Shown here: positions 28,679 to 37,663 of the stretch, in pieces
How the letters are laid out: every line of letters starts with the position of its first letter
Position numbering within the stretch: the first letter of the stretch is position 1
Assembly: GCA_934700385.1 (NCBI GenBank)
Contig: CAKUXO010000002.1
Coordinates: 23,323 to 87,322 of the forward strand
Reading direction: 5' to 3'
Source: an uncultured Candidatus Melainabacteria bacterium
Lineage (GTDB): Bacteria; Cyanobacteriota; Vampirovibrionia; Gastranaerophilales; Gastranaerophilaceae
DNA: 64,000 nucleotides
The notes under the pieces: model-generated
What the model saw: the letters and a program-made list of their open reading frames with translations, nothing else
Databases searched by the model: none
What the model was told of the DNA's origin: nothing
Made by a program: the position numbers and the translations under genes

Positions 28679-29605
28679 ATGGATTTAATTAAAGAAATAA
28701 AAAAACTTAAAGAAGAAAAAAATGCTATTATTTTAACTCATTGTTATCAAAACATTGAAATCGATGAAGTTTCTGATTTTGTTGGAGATTCATTATATCT
28801 TAGTAAAATGGCAGCAAAAACAGACGCTGATATTATTGTTTTTGCAGGTGTTTATTTTATGGCACAAAGTGCAAAACTTCTTTCGCCCGATAAAAAAGTT
28901 TTATTGCCTCAAATGAACTCCGGTTGCCTTATGGCAGATATGATTGATGTTGAAAATTTAAAAATTTTCAAAGAAAAACATCCTAATATTCCTGTTGTTT
29001 GCTATATTAATTCAACTGCTGAAATTAAAGCAAATTGTGATATTTGTTGCACAAGTTCAAATGCTGTTGAAGTTGTTAGAAGTTTAAATGTTCCAAAGGT
29101 TCTTTTTGTGCCTGATACATATTTAGGTAAATATGTTGAATCAAAATTAAATAATGTTGAAGTTATTACATTTAATGGCTTTTGCCCAACTCATTTAAGA
29201 ATTAGGGTTGAAGATATTGAACAAGCAAGAAAAACTTATCCTAATGCGCCTATTTTAGCGCACCCAGAATGTCACCACACAATTGCAAAATTAGCAGATT
29301 TTGTTGGTTCAACTAAAGAAATAATGGAATATGCTAAAAATTCAAATTATACACAATACGTAATTGCAACTGAAAAAGGCGTTTGTGACAGATTAAACAG
29401 AGATTCAAAATTAAACAATTGGAATAAAGAATTTGTTTTAATTAATGAAAACATCGTTTGTCCAAATATGAAAAGAAATAACTTATCTAACATTTATCAA
29501 ACACTTTTAGATGAAAAAAATGAAATAACGATTAATGAAACAGTTTCAAAAAAAGCAAAAGAATGTATTGAAAAAATGTTTACAATTAATCAAATAAAAG
29601 CATAA
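28679..29605 (+). CDS. nadA: Quinolinate synthase NadA
   Basis: ILTHCYQNIEIDEVSDFVGDSLYLSKMAA...VFAGVYFMAQSAKLLSPDKKVLLP...NSTAEIKA...ILAHPEC. Confidence 0.9.
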   Translation: MDLIKEIKKLKEEKNAIILTHCYQNIEIDEVSDFVGDSLYLSKMAAKTDADIIVFAGVYFMAQSAKLLSPDKKVLLPQMNSGCLMADMIDVENLKIFKEKHPNIPVVCYINSTAEIKANCDICCTSSNAVEVVRSLNVPKVLFVPDTYLGKYVESKLNNVEVITFNGFCPTHLRIRVEDIEQARKTYPNAPILAHPECHHTIAKLADFVGSTKEIMEYAKNSNYTQYVIATEKGVCDRLNRDSKLNNWNKEFVLINENIVCPNMKRNNLSNIYQTLLDEKNEITINETVSKKAKECIEKMFTINQIKA

Positions 29606-29609
29606 CCTC

Positions 29610-29637
29610 TTGATTTTCTTATTCAAAATAGTATAAT
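29610..29637 (+). promoter_or_regulatory. Candidate sigma-70 promoter for the 29671 gene
   Basis: TTGATT (29610-15), 16 nt, TATAAT (29632-37). RBS GGGGGTG precedes the ATG at 29671. Confidence 0.45.
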
Positions 29638-29670
29638 AATTTTGTCGTTAGATAATAATTTGGGGGTGTT

Positions 29671-30033
29671 ATGATAAATTCTAATTTTGCTTCAAATCCA
29701 AATTTTCAGGCTTTTAAAAGACAAAGATACAATGAAATCTATTCCCATGAAATGGCGCACAAAGCGACAATAGGTTCTTTAGGTGGACCAATTCAAATAG
29801 ATAAAGATTCTAATGGGGTGGCTTACGCAGGTCATGTTGAAGTTAAAATGCCAACTTTAAATCAGCAAAATCCTGATGAAACAATTGACCATGCTAAAAA
29901 GGTAATAAATTCTGCTCTAGCGCCATCTGACCCATCTAATCAAGATTATAAAGTTGCTTCGCAAGCTCAAAAAACCTTGCAAGAAGCAAAAGATGTTAAA
30001 ACTAAAAAAGATAAATTAGATATAATTGCTTAA
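29671..30033 (+). CDS. SprA-related family protein (putative metalloprotease, CJM1_0395-like)
   Basis: YSHEMAHKATIGSLGGPIQIDKDSNGVAYAGHVEV...NPDETIDHAKKVINSALAPSDPSNQDYKVASQAQ follows the family pattern HE.AH...G...Y..GPDG..Y..GGEV...dPe.Ti...AAlAP..PS.qD..VA. Confidence 0.65.
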   Translation: MINSNFASNPNFQAFKRQRYNEIYSHEMAHKATIGSLGGPIQIDKDSNGVAYAGHVEVKMPTLNQQNPDETIDHAKKVINSALAPSDPSNQDYKVASQAQKTLQEAKDVKTKKDKLDIIA

Positions 30034-30060
30034 AAAAAGCTCGCAAAATGCGAGCTTTTT
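30034..30060. terminator. Bidirectional intrinsic terminator between the 29671 gene and gdhA
   Basis: AAAAAGCTCGCA-AAA-TGCGAGCTTTTT: GC-rich stem flanked by an A-run and a T-run. Confidence 0.65.
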
Positions 30061-30082
30061 AATTTATTTATTATCTGAATTT

Positions 30083-31429
30083 TTAAATAATACCTTGAGC
30101 AATCATTGCTTTACTTACCTTTTTGAAAGCAGCAATATTAGCACTTGCAACATAGTTAATTCCAAGGTTATATTCATTTGAAGTTGCTTGGCAGATGTTA
30201 AATATGTTTGTCATAATTTCATTTAATTTATTGTCAACTTCTTCAAAAGACCAGAAATATCTCATGCTATTTTGTGACATTTCTAAAGCTGAAGTTGCAA
30301 CACCACCTGCGTTAGCTGCTTTAGCTGGTGCAAGAAGAACATTATTTTCAATTAAATAGTTAATTGCTTCAATTGTTGTTGGCATATTAGCACCTTCACC
30401 AACTGCAATTGCGCCATTTTGAACTAAAATTTTAGCTGTTTCAAGATTAATATCGTTTTGAGTTGCACAAGGTAGTACAATTTCTGCTTTTATTTTATAT
30501 ACAGCAGGGGTTTCACCTTTTACATTTTCTTCATATTTGGCATTAGGATATTTTTTAAGATATTCTTTAATTCTTAATCTTTCAACTTCTTTTAGGCGTT
30601 TAATTTCATCTAAGTCAATGCCGTTTTCATCATAAATACAACCATTTGAATCAGACATCGCAACAACTTTTGCGCCATATTCCATAACTTTTTGAGCGGC
30701 ATAAATTGCAACATTACCAGAGCCTGAAATTGTAACTGTTTTATTTTCAAAAGATTGGTTGTTTGCTTTTAACATTTCACGCATGAAATAAATTAAGCCA
30801 AAGCCTGTTGCTTCTTTTCTTGCTAAAGAACCGCCATATTCAAGCCCTTTACCTGTTAAAACACCTGCTTCAAAGGCATTTTTAATTTTTTTATATTGAC
30901 CGAATAAATATCCTATTTCTCTTGCGCCAACTCCAATGTCGCCAGCTGGAACATCAAGATTATGGTTAATGTGTCTTTGAAGTTCATTCATAAAACTTTG
31001 GCAGAATTTCATAATTTCAAAGTCTGATTTTCCTTTAGGGTCAAAGTCAGAACCACCCTTAGCACCGCCAATTGGTAAACCTGTTAGAGCATTTTTGAAG
31101 ATTTGTTCAAAAGCCAAAAATTTCATAATACTTTGATTTACGCTTGGGTGAAATCTTAAACCGCCTTTATATGGACCAATGCAGCTGTTAAATTGAACTC
31201 TAAAACCACGGTTGACTTGAACTTTTCCTTTGTCATCAACCCAAGGAACTCTGAAAGTGATAATTCTTTCTGGTTCTGTTAATCTTTCTAATAAAGATAA
31301 ATTTTCATAAGTTTTGTCATTTTCAATAACAGGTTTGATGGTTTCTAAAACTTCATCAACTGCTTGAATAAACTCTTTTTCGTTTGAATTTTTTTCTTCA
31401 ACTTTTGATAATACTTCTTCAATATACAT
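30083..31429 (-). CDS. gdhA: NAD(P)-specific glutamate dehydrogenase
   Basis: FRVQFNSCIGPYKGGLRFHP, LPIGGAKGGSDFDPKGKS, GSGNVA dinucleotide fold. RBS AGAGGA. Confidence 0.9.
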   Translation of the reverse strand: MYIEEVLSKVEEKNSNEKEFIQAVDEVLETIKPVIENDKTYENLSLLERLTEPERIITFRVPWVDDKGKVQVNRGFRVQFNSCIGPYKGGLRFHPSVNQSIMKFLAFEQIFKNALTGLPIGGAKGGSDFDPKGKSDFEIMKFCQSFMNELQRHINHNLDVPAGDIGVGAREIGYLFGQYKKIKNAFEAGVLTGKGLEYGGSLARKEATGFGLIYFMREMLKANNQSFENKTVTISGSGNVAIYAAQKVMEYGAKVVAMSDSNGCIYDENGIDLDEIKRLKEVERLRIKEYLKKYPNAKYEENVKGETPAVYKIKAEIVLPCATQNDINLETAKILVQNGAIAVGEGANMPTTIEAINYLIENNVLLAPAKAANAGGVATSALEMSQNSMRYFWSFEEVDNKLNEIMTNIFNICQATSNEYNLGINYVASANIAAFKKVSKAMIAQGII

Positions 31430-31483
31430 AGTATATCCTCTAATCTTAATCTACAAACGAATTATATCATTTTTGGAAAATGA

Positions 31484-31750
31484 TTACAATTTTTTTCTTT
31501 TTTTGAAGATTGTTTTTATGTTTGAACAAACCAAAACAATATAAATTAAAACTTTGATATATTCTTCGCCCTCATCAATTGAAACGCAAAGAAGTCTTTT
31601 TTCATCATTGGAAAATTTAAAAATATATTTTAAGTCGTCGTCAGAAATAATATCGTTAAATCTTGGTGCTTGTGGAAGTTTAAGATATGCGTCATCTTTT
31701 GATTTCAACTTAAAAGGATTATTTGGTTTTTTGTTTATTTGTTGTGTCAT
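31484..31750 (-). CDS. Hypothetical 88-aa protein with a hydrophobic C-terminal segment
   Basis: MTQQINKKPNNPFKLKSKDD...VLIYIVLVCSNIKTIFKKRKKL. ATG at 31750 (the track start at 31762 is TTG). No clear RBS. A + strand ORF (31554-31817) overlaps, so coding status is uncertain. Confidence 0.35.
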   Translation of the reverse strand: MTQQINKKPNNPFKLKSKDDAYLKLPQAPRFNDIISDDDLKYIFKFSNDEKRLLCVSIDEGEEYIKVLIYIVLVCSNIKTIFKKRKKL

Positions 31751-31856
31751 AAATTTTGCCAAAAGTTATTATATCATAAATTATTCTTATAATATTATAA
31801 AAATAATTTATATGTAAAGTAAATAGATAATTATTATTTATTAAAATTTACTTAAC

Positions 31857-33953
31857 TTAATCTTTTGGTCTAATTTCGTTGTTATTCCTTAAATCTGCCT
31901 CTGTTCTTATTTGAACTCCGCCATAATCAATTATTTTATCATTAATCATGTTATGGTCTTCCCAAACGTCATCAGATAAAATAATATATTCTGAATTTTC
32001 TAAAGTCGATGTTTTAATTGGTTTTGTTTGCTCGTCTAAAAATTGCGTAGCGATATAACCATCTTCACAATTTAAAGGCGCTACTTTTCCAAAATACATT
32101 TTTACAAAATCATTAGAATAATAATTGGCAAATAACGCTGTTTGGGCTTCGATGTGGCTGCCATGGGTGTTTCTTTGTTTTTTAGAATTTAAAAGAAGTT
32201 CATTAGGGTAATATGTTTTAAGGCATATAGGGGTTTTATTTTCCGGTGCTATTTTATAAACAATTCCAAATTGCCCTGCGCCAATTGCACTTATCTTTGT
32301 TTTGGTTTTTAAAATTTCTTCAAGCTCTTTTTTAAGTGCATTTTTATCTTTAGAACTAATAAAGTTTACAAAAGAATTGTCAATTTTTTCTTTTAATTCT
32401 TTACTATCTTCTTTTCTTAAAACCCAATCTTTTGGTAAAGCTCCTACAAATCTATTTGTTGCCGGATATTTTGTCATAATTTCAGATAATTCATCTGCAT
32501 TAGTAAAATTATGGGAAAGATAATGTGTGAAATTTTCAGAAAAAGTTAAATCTTCTTTTGTAAAGTTTGTTTTTCTGTCACCAAAATAGTGAAAATTGAT
32601 AAAATCAAGATATTGTTTTGGAGTGAATGCTTTAATTGCTGGTGCAATTTCTGTTAGTTTATCAAAATCAATTTCTTTTGCAAATTCATTAAAATCTTTT
32701 AAATCTAAATCAGGGTTAAGATTAAAAAATTCATCTATTACTTCATTAGCCTTGTTTTCTCTTGTTTTATCAAATCTGATAACTTTTAAAAATTCTTTTA
32801 ATTCTTCGCTAGAGTAATCTTTTAAATCTGCAACATTAGCTAAAACCGAGGCTTCTTTTGAAGAAAAGCCTTTTTCAATTAATTCTTGATATTTTTGTGC
32901 TATTTCATCTTTTAAAATGATATTAGTGGCGTCAGACGAGTTAACAACCTTATCTTTTTTAATTAAATTAAAAATGCCTTCTGTTGAATATACCCCAGTT
33001 TCAAGGTGATTTCTTCGTGGCGGATAGCTTAAAATTTCTCTAATTTTAGCAAAGTTAATTTTAGAATTAATATCATCATCAAGCATATACTTTAAAAGTT
33101 GGTTTTGCAGCCATTCAAAACTTGAAGCAATATAGCCTATTTGAGTTTTATTAATTTTCTTTTCTTTATAAAGTTGTTCTAGTTTTTTATTTTCTTTTAA
33201 AAGAGCTTTACTTTCTTTTAATTCATTAAGGTGATGATTGAGAATATTAAAAAGTTCTTCTTTCTTGTCGGAATCAATTACTTTAAAACTTTCAAGCTCT
33301 CTTTCAATTTCAACATCTTCTTCGTTAAAAAAGTCTTTATTAATTGAAATTATTTCATCTTGAATTTTTTTAATTTTTTCTTCGTAAAATTTTTCTAATT
33401 CGTTATTGATATCTTTTTCAGATTTTTCATCAATGCTTTCTAAAATTGGTTTAACAACCTCGCACGGCATTTCACCCGCCGAAACAGATATAGCCATTGA
33501 TGAAATTTTAAGACTTTTATATAAATCATTTCCTAATTCATTAAAAGTATTTGTGAAATCTTCACAAGCACAAGTAAAGTTTTCAAAGTCATTTTCTTCT
33601 GAATAAATTTCATTAAGTTTTTCAAACGTTATTGTTCCATTTTTTAATAATCTGGCTAAAATAAAAGCCTGACCAACGTTTTCAGGTTCTTCATCTAGTC
33701 TTAAAAAATCATATAAATCATCAACATCTTCACATTTACTTTCTTTAAAAATTTCATTAATGTCTTCAAATTTAATTTTTATATCGTTTTTTTGAAGTTT
33801 TTTAGTTATTTCAAGTAAGCCCGATGTTTCTTTTTTGTTTGAAAAATTAAAACTATCCCCTTTAAAAGCCAAGGGTTTAATTGGATTTTGAATTTTATTA
33901 TTATTTATTTTATTAAAGCTAATATTTCTAATTGGAAAAAAATTAATAGTCAT
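31857..33953 (-). CDS. Large helical protein with a C-terminal truncated protein-kinase-like domain and an Asn-rich N-terminal leader
   Basis: C-terminal 145 aa (31860-32294): IGAGQFGIVYK (Gly-rich loop), ICLKT (VAIK-like Lys), HIEAQ (alpha-C Glu), DHNMIN (D-x4-N catalytic loop), IIDYGG (DFG-like). The protein ends ~25 aa later. Start set to ATG at 33953 (AAAGGA RBS); the track start at 33974 is TTG. Confidence 0.6.
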   Translation of the reverse strand: MTINFFPIRNISFNKINNNKIQNPIKPLAFKGDSFNFSNKKETSGLLEITKKLQKNDIKIKFEDINEIFKESKCEDVDDLYDFLRLDEEPENVGQAFILARLLKNGTITFEKLNEIYSEENDFENFTCACEDFTNTFNELGNDLYKSLKISSMAISVSAGEMPCEVVKPILESIDEKSEKDINNELEKFYEEKIKKIQDEIISINKDFFNEEDVEIERELESFKVIDSDKKEELFNILNHHLNELKESKALLKENKKLEQLYKEKKINKTQIGYIASSFEWLQNQLLKYMLDDDINSKINFAKIREILSYPPRRNHLETGVYSTEGIFNLIKKDKVVNSSDATNIILKDEIAQKYQELIEKGFSSKEASVLANVADLKDYSSEELKEFLKVIRFDKTRENKANEVIDEFFNLNPDLDLKDFNEFAKEIDFDKLTEIAPAIKAFTPKQYLDFINFHYFGDRKTNFTKEDLTFSENFTHYLSHNFTNADELSEIMTKYPATNRFVGALPKDWVLRKEDSKELKEKIDNSFVNFISSKDKNALKKELEEILKTKTKISAIGAGQFGIVYKIAPENKTPICLKTYYPNELLLNSKKQRNTHGSHIEAQTALFANYYSNDFVKMYFGKVAPLNCEDGYIATQFLDEQTKPIKTSTLENSEYIILSDDVWEDHNMINDKIIDYGGVQIRTEADLRNNNEIRPKD

Positions 33954-34071
33954 AAAATTTCCTTTTTGTGACAAAACTATAAAAAGTCTAAAAATAAAAA
34001 TTTGTCAGTTTAAGGGAAGTTTTAGTTTAACTTTAACATTTCTTAACTAGAAACCGCCTCGCCAAGTAAAA

Positions 34072-34161
34072 GCAAGGTAAAATCCTTGCTATTACAAGGT
34101 TCGGGTTAGCTACCTTGACGAATTTGTATCTCACGCTATATAAGCCCTTAGGCGTTATATA
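34072..34161. other. GC-enriched structured intergenic segment: three hairpins with mutually exclusive pairings (candidate 5' leader, attenuator or small RNA)
   Basis: H1 GCAAGG-TAAAAT-CCTTGC (34072-34089). H2 CAAGGT-N11-ACCTTG (34095-34117). H3 TATATAAGCC-CTTA-GGC(G)TTATATA (34137-34161). The 3' arm of H1 can also pair with the 5' arm of H2. Confidence 0.3.
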
Positions 34162-34186
34162 CTCTGGAGAATACGTGTTTTTCTTA

Positions 34187-34223
34187 TTGTAACATAGATT
34201 TTTTTTGTTAGAATTATTTTATG
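34187..34223 (+). promoter_or_regulatory. Candidate promoter for rqcH: TTGTAA, 16 nt, TGtTAGAAT, 6 nt, ATG (leaderless)
   Basis: -35 TTGTAA 34187-92, extended -10 T34206 G34207 t TAGAAT 34209-14, spacer tatttt, ATG 34221. No Shine-Dalgarno. Confidence 0.45.
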
Positions 34224-35819
34224 TTGAACCTAGATTCTTTAACTTTAAAATATTTTTTTGAAGAAAATTTTGATTTTATAAATGGCGCAATTGTTCAAAA
34301 GATTCAATTGCCATCAAGGCATGAAATTATTTTAAATTTAAGAAATTTAAACCACGAAAAGCAAGAAAATAAAAAATTATACATTAACATTAATCCAAAA
34401 TATCCGCATATTTGTTTTATCGATGAAAAAACTTCTAAACTAAGAAACATTGAAATTCCTAAAAATCCGCCAATGTTCTGTATGCAATTAAGAAAATATC
34501 TTAATGGCAGTAAAATCAAGGATTTTCGTCTTGTAAAATATGAAAGAATAATTGAGCTTTATTTTGATTATTTTGATGAAATCGGCTCTTTAACTAAACT
34601 ATGCTTGGCTTTAGAATTTATGGGAAAACACTCAAACGTAATTTTATATAATGCAACAAGTAAAATAATAATCGGTTCAATTCATAATATTTCTGCTCAA
34701 AAAAGCTCTGTCAGAGAGGTTTATGGCGGAATTAACTACATCTATCCGCCTCAAAAAAACAAATTAGATATTTTAAACACAAGTTTTTCAACCTTTCATG
34801 AAATTGCAAAAGCTAACGATATCAAACTTTTAAGCGAAAATTTTTATTATTTTTCTCAAAATATTTTATCTGAAATCTTTAAAAAATTTAATTCTCTAGA
34901 AGATATTTTTTCTTTTATGCAAAACCTTGAAATGGGTAAAGAAAAGCGCTTTATTATTGATTTTTGGGCTAAAGATGAAAAAAATCTTAATCAAGCATTA
35001 GATGATTATTTTTCAAAAATTTTATTTAATGAAATTTTATCAGCCCAAAAAGTTAATTTAAAAAAAGTTCCAACTAAGCAAATTAAAAAACTTTCAGATA
35101 GATTAAACGCAGTTGTTGACGAGAAAAAAGTTTTAAAATATAAATTAATGGCAGACTATATCATGGCTTATATGTATAATATCAAGCCTAATCAAGAATT
35201 TTTAGAAGTCGATGATTTAAAAATTCCTCTTGAAATCAATCTTTCAGCTAATGAAAATGCGCAAAAATATTATGCTAAATATAAAAAAATGAAATCCACC
35301 TATGAATATTCTCTTTCAAGGGCAAATGAAGCTCAAAAAGAGCTTGAATATTTAGAAGGAATTTTATTTAACATTGAAAATTCTTCAAGTTTTGAAGAAT
35401 TAAATCAAATTAAACAAGAATTAATTGAAATGAATTATCTTGAAAAAAAACCAACAAAACAAAATAGCGAAAAAAATAATATTCAAATAGAAAAAATAGA
35501 ATTTCAAAATTATCAAATTTATCTTGGAAAAAATAACAAGCAAAACGATTATTTAATTTCAAAAATAGCTAAAAATGAAGATTTATGGTTCCATGGGCAA
35601 GGTTTTCCAAGCAGTCACGTTATTTTAAAAGTTTTAGATAACAATGAAGTTCCAAAAGAAGTTATGGAATTTTGCGCAAAATTAACTAAAGAAAATTCAA
35701 AAGCAAAAAATTCATCCAAAGCGCCAATTATTATGACAAAAAGAAAAAATCTTAAAAAACCGCCAAATGCGCACCCTGGGTATGTTATATATAAAAATGA
35801 AATTGAGATTGTTGTCTAA
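34221..35819 (+). CDS. rqcH: Ribosome quality-control factor RqcH (NFACT / FbpA-like, DUF814)
   Basis: N-terminal NFACT-N (...IQLPSRHEIILNLR...). C-terminal NFACT-R: YQIYLGKNNKQNDYLISKIAKNEDLWFHGQGFPSSHVILK. Confidence 0.85.
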   Translation: MLNLDSLTLKYFFEENFDFINGAIVQKIQLPSRHEIILNLRNLNHEKQENKKLYININPKYPHICFIDEKTSKLRNIEIPKNPPMFCMQLRKYLNGSKIKDFRLVKYERIIELYFDYFDEIGSLTKLCLALEFMGKHSNVILYNATSKIIIGSIHNISAQKSSVREVYGGINYIYPPQKNKLDILNTSFSTFHEIAKANDIKLLSENFYYFSQNILSEIFKKFNSLEDIFSFMQNLEMGKEKRFIIDFWAKDEKNLNQALDDYFSKILFNEILSAQKVNLKKVPTKQIKKLSDRLNAVVDEKKVLKYKLMADYIMAYMYNIKPNQEFLEVDDLKIPLEINLSANENAQKYYAKYKKMKSTYEYSLSRANEAQKELEYLEGILFNIENSSSFEELNQIKQELIEMNYLEKKPTKQNSEKNNIQIEKIEFQNYQIYLGKNNKQNDYLISKIAKNEDLWFHGQGFPSSHVILKVLDNNEVPKEVMEFCAKLTKENSKAKNSSKAPIIMTKRKNLKKPPNAHPGYVIYKNEIEIVV

Positions 35820-35870
35820 AATTTTTGTGCGATAATATTTGTGAATAATCATGTAAATAGGAGTATTAAA

Positions 35871-37550
35871 ATGAGAGAAATTTCACCTTTACAAGAAGAA
35901 AGATTGAAATATCAACCAAAACTTGCAGGTGCTTTGCAAAACGGTATTAATAACATTAAATTAACACTAGGTGGGCAAACACAAGCAGTTGCAGATAAAG
36001 AAGAAATTAAAAAATTATTTCCACACGTTTATGGTAAACCAATTGCAAAATTTGATACAACAGGTGAAGTTCTTTCAAATGAAAAAAGAAACGTAGGTGT
36101 TATCCTTTCAGGCGGTCAAGCTCCTGGGGGACACAACGTTATCGCAGGTTTATATGACGCTCTTAAAACAGCTGATAAATCAAATAAATTATATGGTTTC
36201 TTAGGTGGCCCATCTGGTATTGTTGATGGAAAATATATGGAATTAACTGATGAAATCATGGATAAATACCGTAACACAGGTGGTTTTGATATCATTGGTT
36301 CTGGTAGAACAAAACTTGAAACCGAAGATCAATTTAAAAAAGCTCTAGAAGTTTGTAAGAAACTTGAAATCAGCGCAATTGTTATTATTGGTGGGGATGA
36401 TTCAAACACAAACGCTTGTCTTTTAGCTGAATGGATGGCTGCAAATAACACAGGAATCACTGTAATCGGTTGCCCTAAAACAATTGATGGTGATTTAAAA
36501 AATGATCAAATTGAAATTTCATTTGGTTTTGATACAGCTACAAAAACTTATGCTGAACTAATCGGTAACATCCAACGTGACGCAAATTCTGCTAAAAAAT
36601 ATTGGCACTTTATTAAATTAATGGGAAGAAGCGCTTCTCATGTTTGTCTTGAAGCAGCTTTACAAACTCAACCAAATATCACTTTAATTGGTGAAGAAGT
36701 TGAAGCTAAAAAACAAAGTTTAGATGAAATTGTTTCATATATGGCAGATATCATCGCTCGTCGTAGTGAAAACGGTAAAAACTTTGGTATTGCTTTAATT
36801 CCTGAAGGTTTAATTGAGTTTATTCCTGAAATGAAAGTAATGATTTCATCCCTAAATGACTTACTTGCAGGTTTAGAAAAAGATAACGGCTATCAAAATG
36901 CTTCTCAAGAAGAAAAATATCAATTAATTTCTTCAAAATTAGCTTCAGATTCAGCTAAATTATTTATGTCTTTACCATCTCAAATAAAAGCTCAATTATT
37001 AATGGATAGAGATCCACATGGTAACGTTCAAGTTTCTAAAATTGAAACTGAAAAACTTTTAATTGAAATGATTAGAGAAAAATTAAACTTGATGAAAAAA
37101 GAAGGCAAATTTAACGGCAAATTCTCTGACCAAGCTCACTTCTTTGGTTACGAAGGAAGATGTGCTATGCCATCTAACTTTGACGCAGATTACTGCTATT
37201 CATTAGGTTATAATGCTTTTGCTTTAATGCAAGCAGGTTTAACTGGTTATTTATCTTCAATCAAAAATACAACAAAACCGGCTTCGGAATGGGTTGCAGG
37301 TGGTGTTCCTTTAACAATGATGATGAATATGGAACGTCGTCATGGTGAAATGAAACCTGTAATTAAAAAAGCGTTAGTTGAACTTGATGGACCTGTATTT
37401 AAGGCTTTAGAAAACAACAGAGAAAAATGGGCTATGGAAGATTGTTACATTTTCCCTGGGGCTATTCAATACTTTGGACCAAGCTCAGTTTGTGACTTAA
37501 CAACAATTACTCTACAACTTGAACAAGAAAACGTTTTGGTTGGTGTGTAA
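35871..37550 (+). CDS. pfp: Pyrophosphate-dependent 6-phosphofructokinase
   Basis: SGGQAPGGHNVI, IGGDDSNTNA and CPKTIDGD. The Asp in GGDDS and the Lys in PKT are the PPi-type signatures. Start at 35871 (AGGAG RBS) rather than the GTG at 35841. Confidence 0.9.
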   Translation: MREISPLQEERLKYQPKLAGALQNGINNIKLTLGGQTQAVADKEEIKKLFPHVYGKPIAKFDTTGEVLSNEKRNVGVILSGGQAPGGHNVIAGLYDALKTADKSNKLYGFLGGPSGIVDGKYMELTDEIMDKYRNTGGFDIIGSGRTKLETEDQFKKALEVCKKLEISAIVIIGGDDSNTNACLLAEWMAANNTGITVIGCPKTIDGDLKNDQIEISFGFDTATKTYAELIGNIQRDANSAKKYWHFIKLMGRSASHVCLEAALQTQPNITLIGEEVEAKKQSLDEIVSYMADIIARRSENGKNFGIALIPEGLIEFIPEMKVMISSLNDLLAGLEKDNGYQNASQEEKYQLISSKLASDSAKLFMSLPSQIKAQLLMDRDPHGNVQVSKIETEKLLIEMIREKLNLMKKEGKFNGKFSDQAHFFGYEGRCAMPSNFDADYCYSLGYNAFALMQAGLTGYLSSIKNTTKPASEWVAGGVPLTMMMNMERRHGEMKPVIKKALVELDGPVFKALENNREKWAMEDCYIFPGAIQYFGPSSVCDLTTITLQLEQENVLVGV

Positions 37551-37562
37551 AAAAATGTAAAG

Positions 37563-37601
37563 AAAATTAGACAGAAATGAAAATTTCTGTCTAATTTTTT
37601 T
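37563..37601 (+). terminator. Strong intrinsic terminator after pfp
   Basis: 16-bp stem AAAATTAGACAGAAAT-GAAA-ATTTCTGTCTAATTTT followed by a T-run. Confidence 0.8.
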
Positions 37602-37663
37602 CTTCACAGGTTTTAATAATGAAGTGTTAGTTTTACAACTTTGCCGAAAGCCAGTCTAAGAAA

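Noticed and set aside
29671-29760. SprA-related protein N-terminus (MINSNFASNPNFQAFKRQ) as another instance of the Asn-rich leader
   Set aside because: It is only ~18 aa long. The FKRQRYNEIYSHEMAH stretch aligns with the conserved start of the SprA-related domain itself (L+.RD.EVR.HE.AH), so the F-K-R is probably domain sequence, not a leader end.
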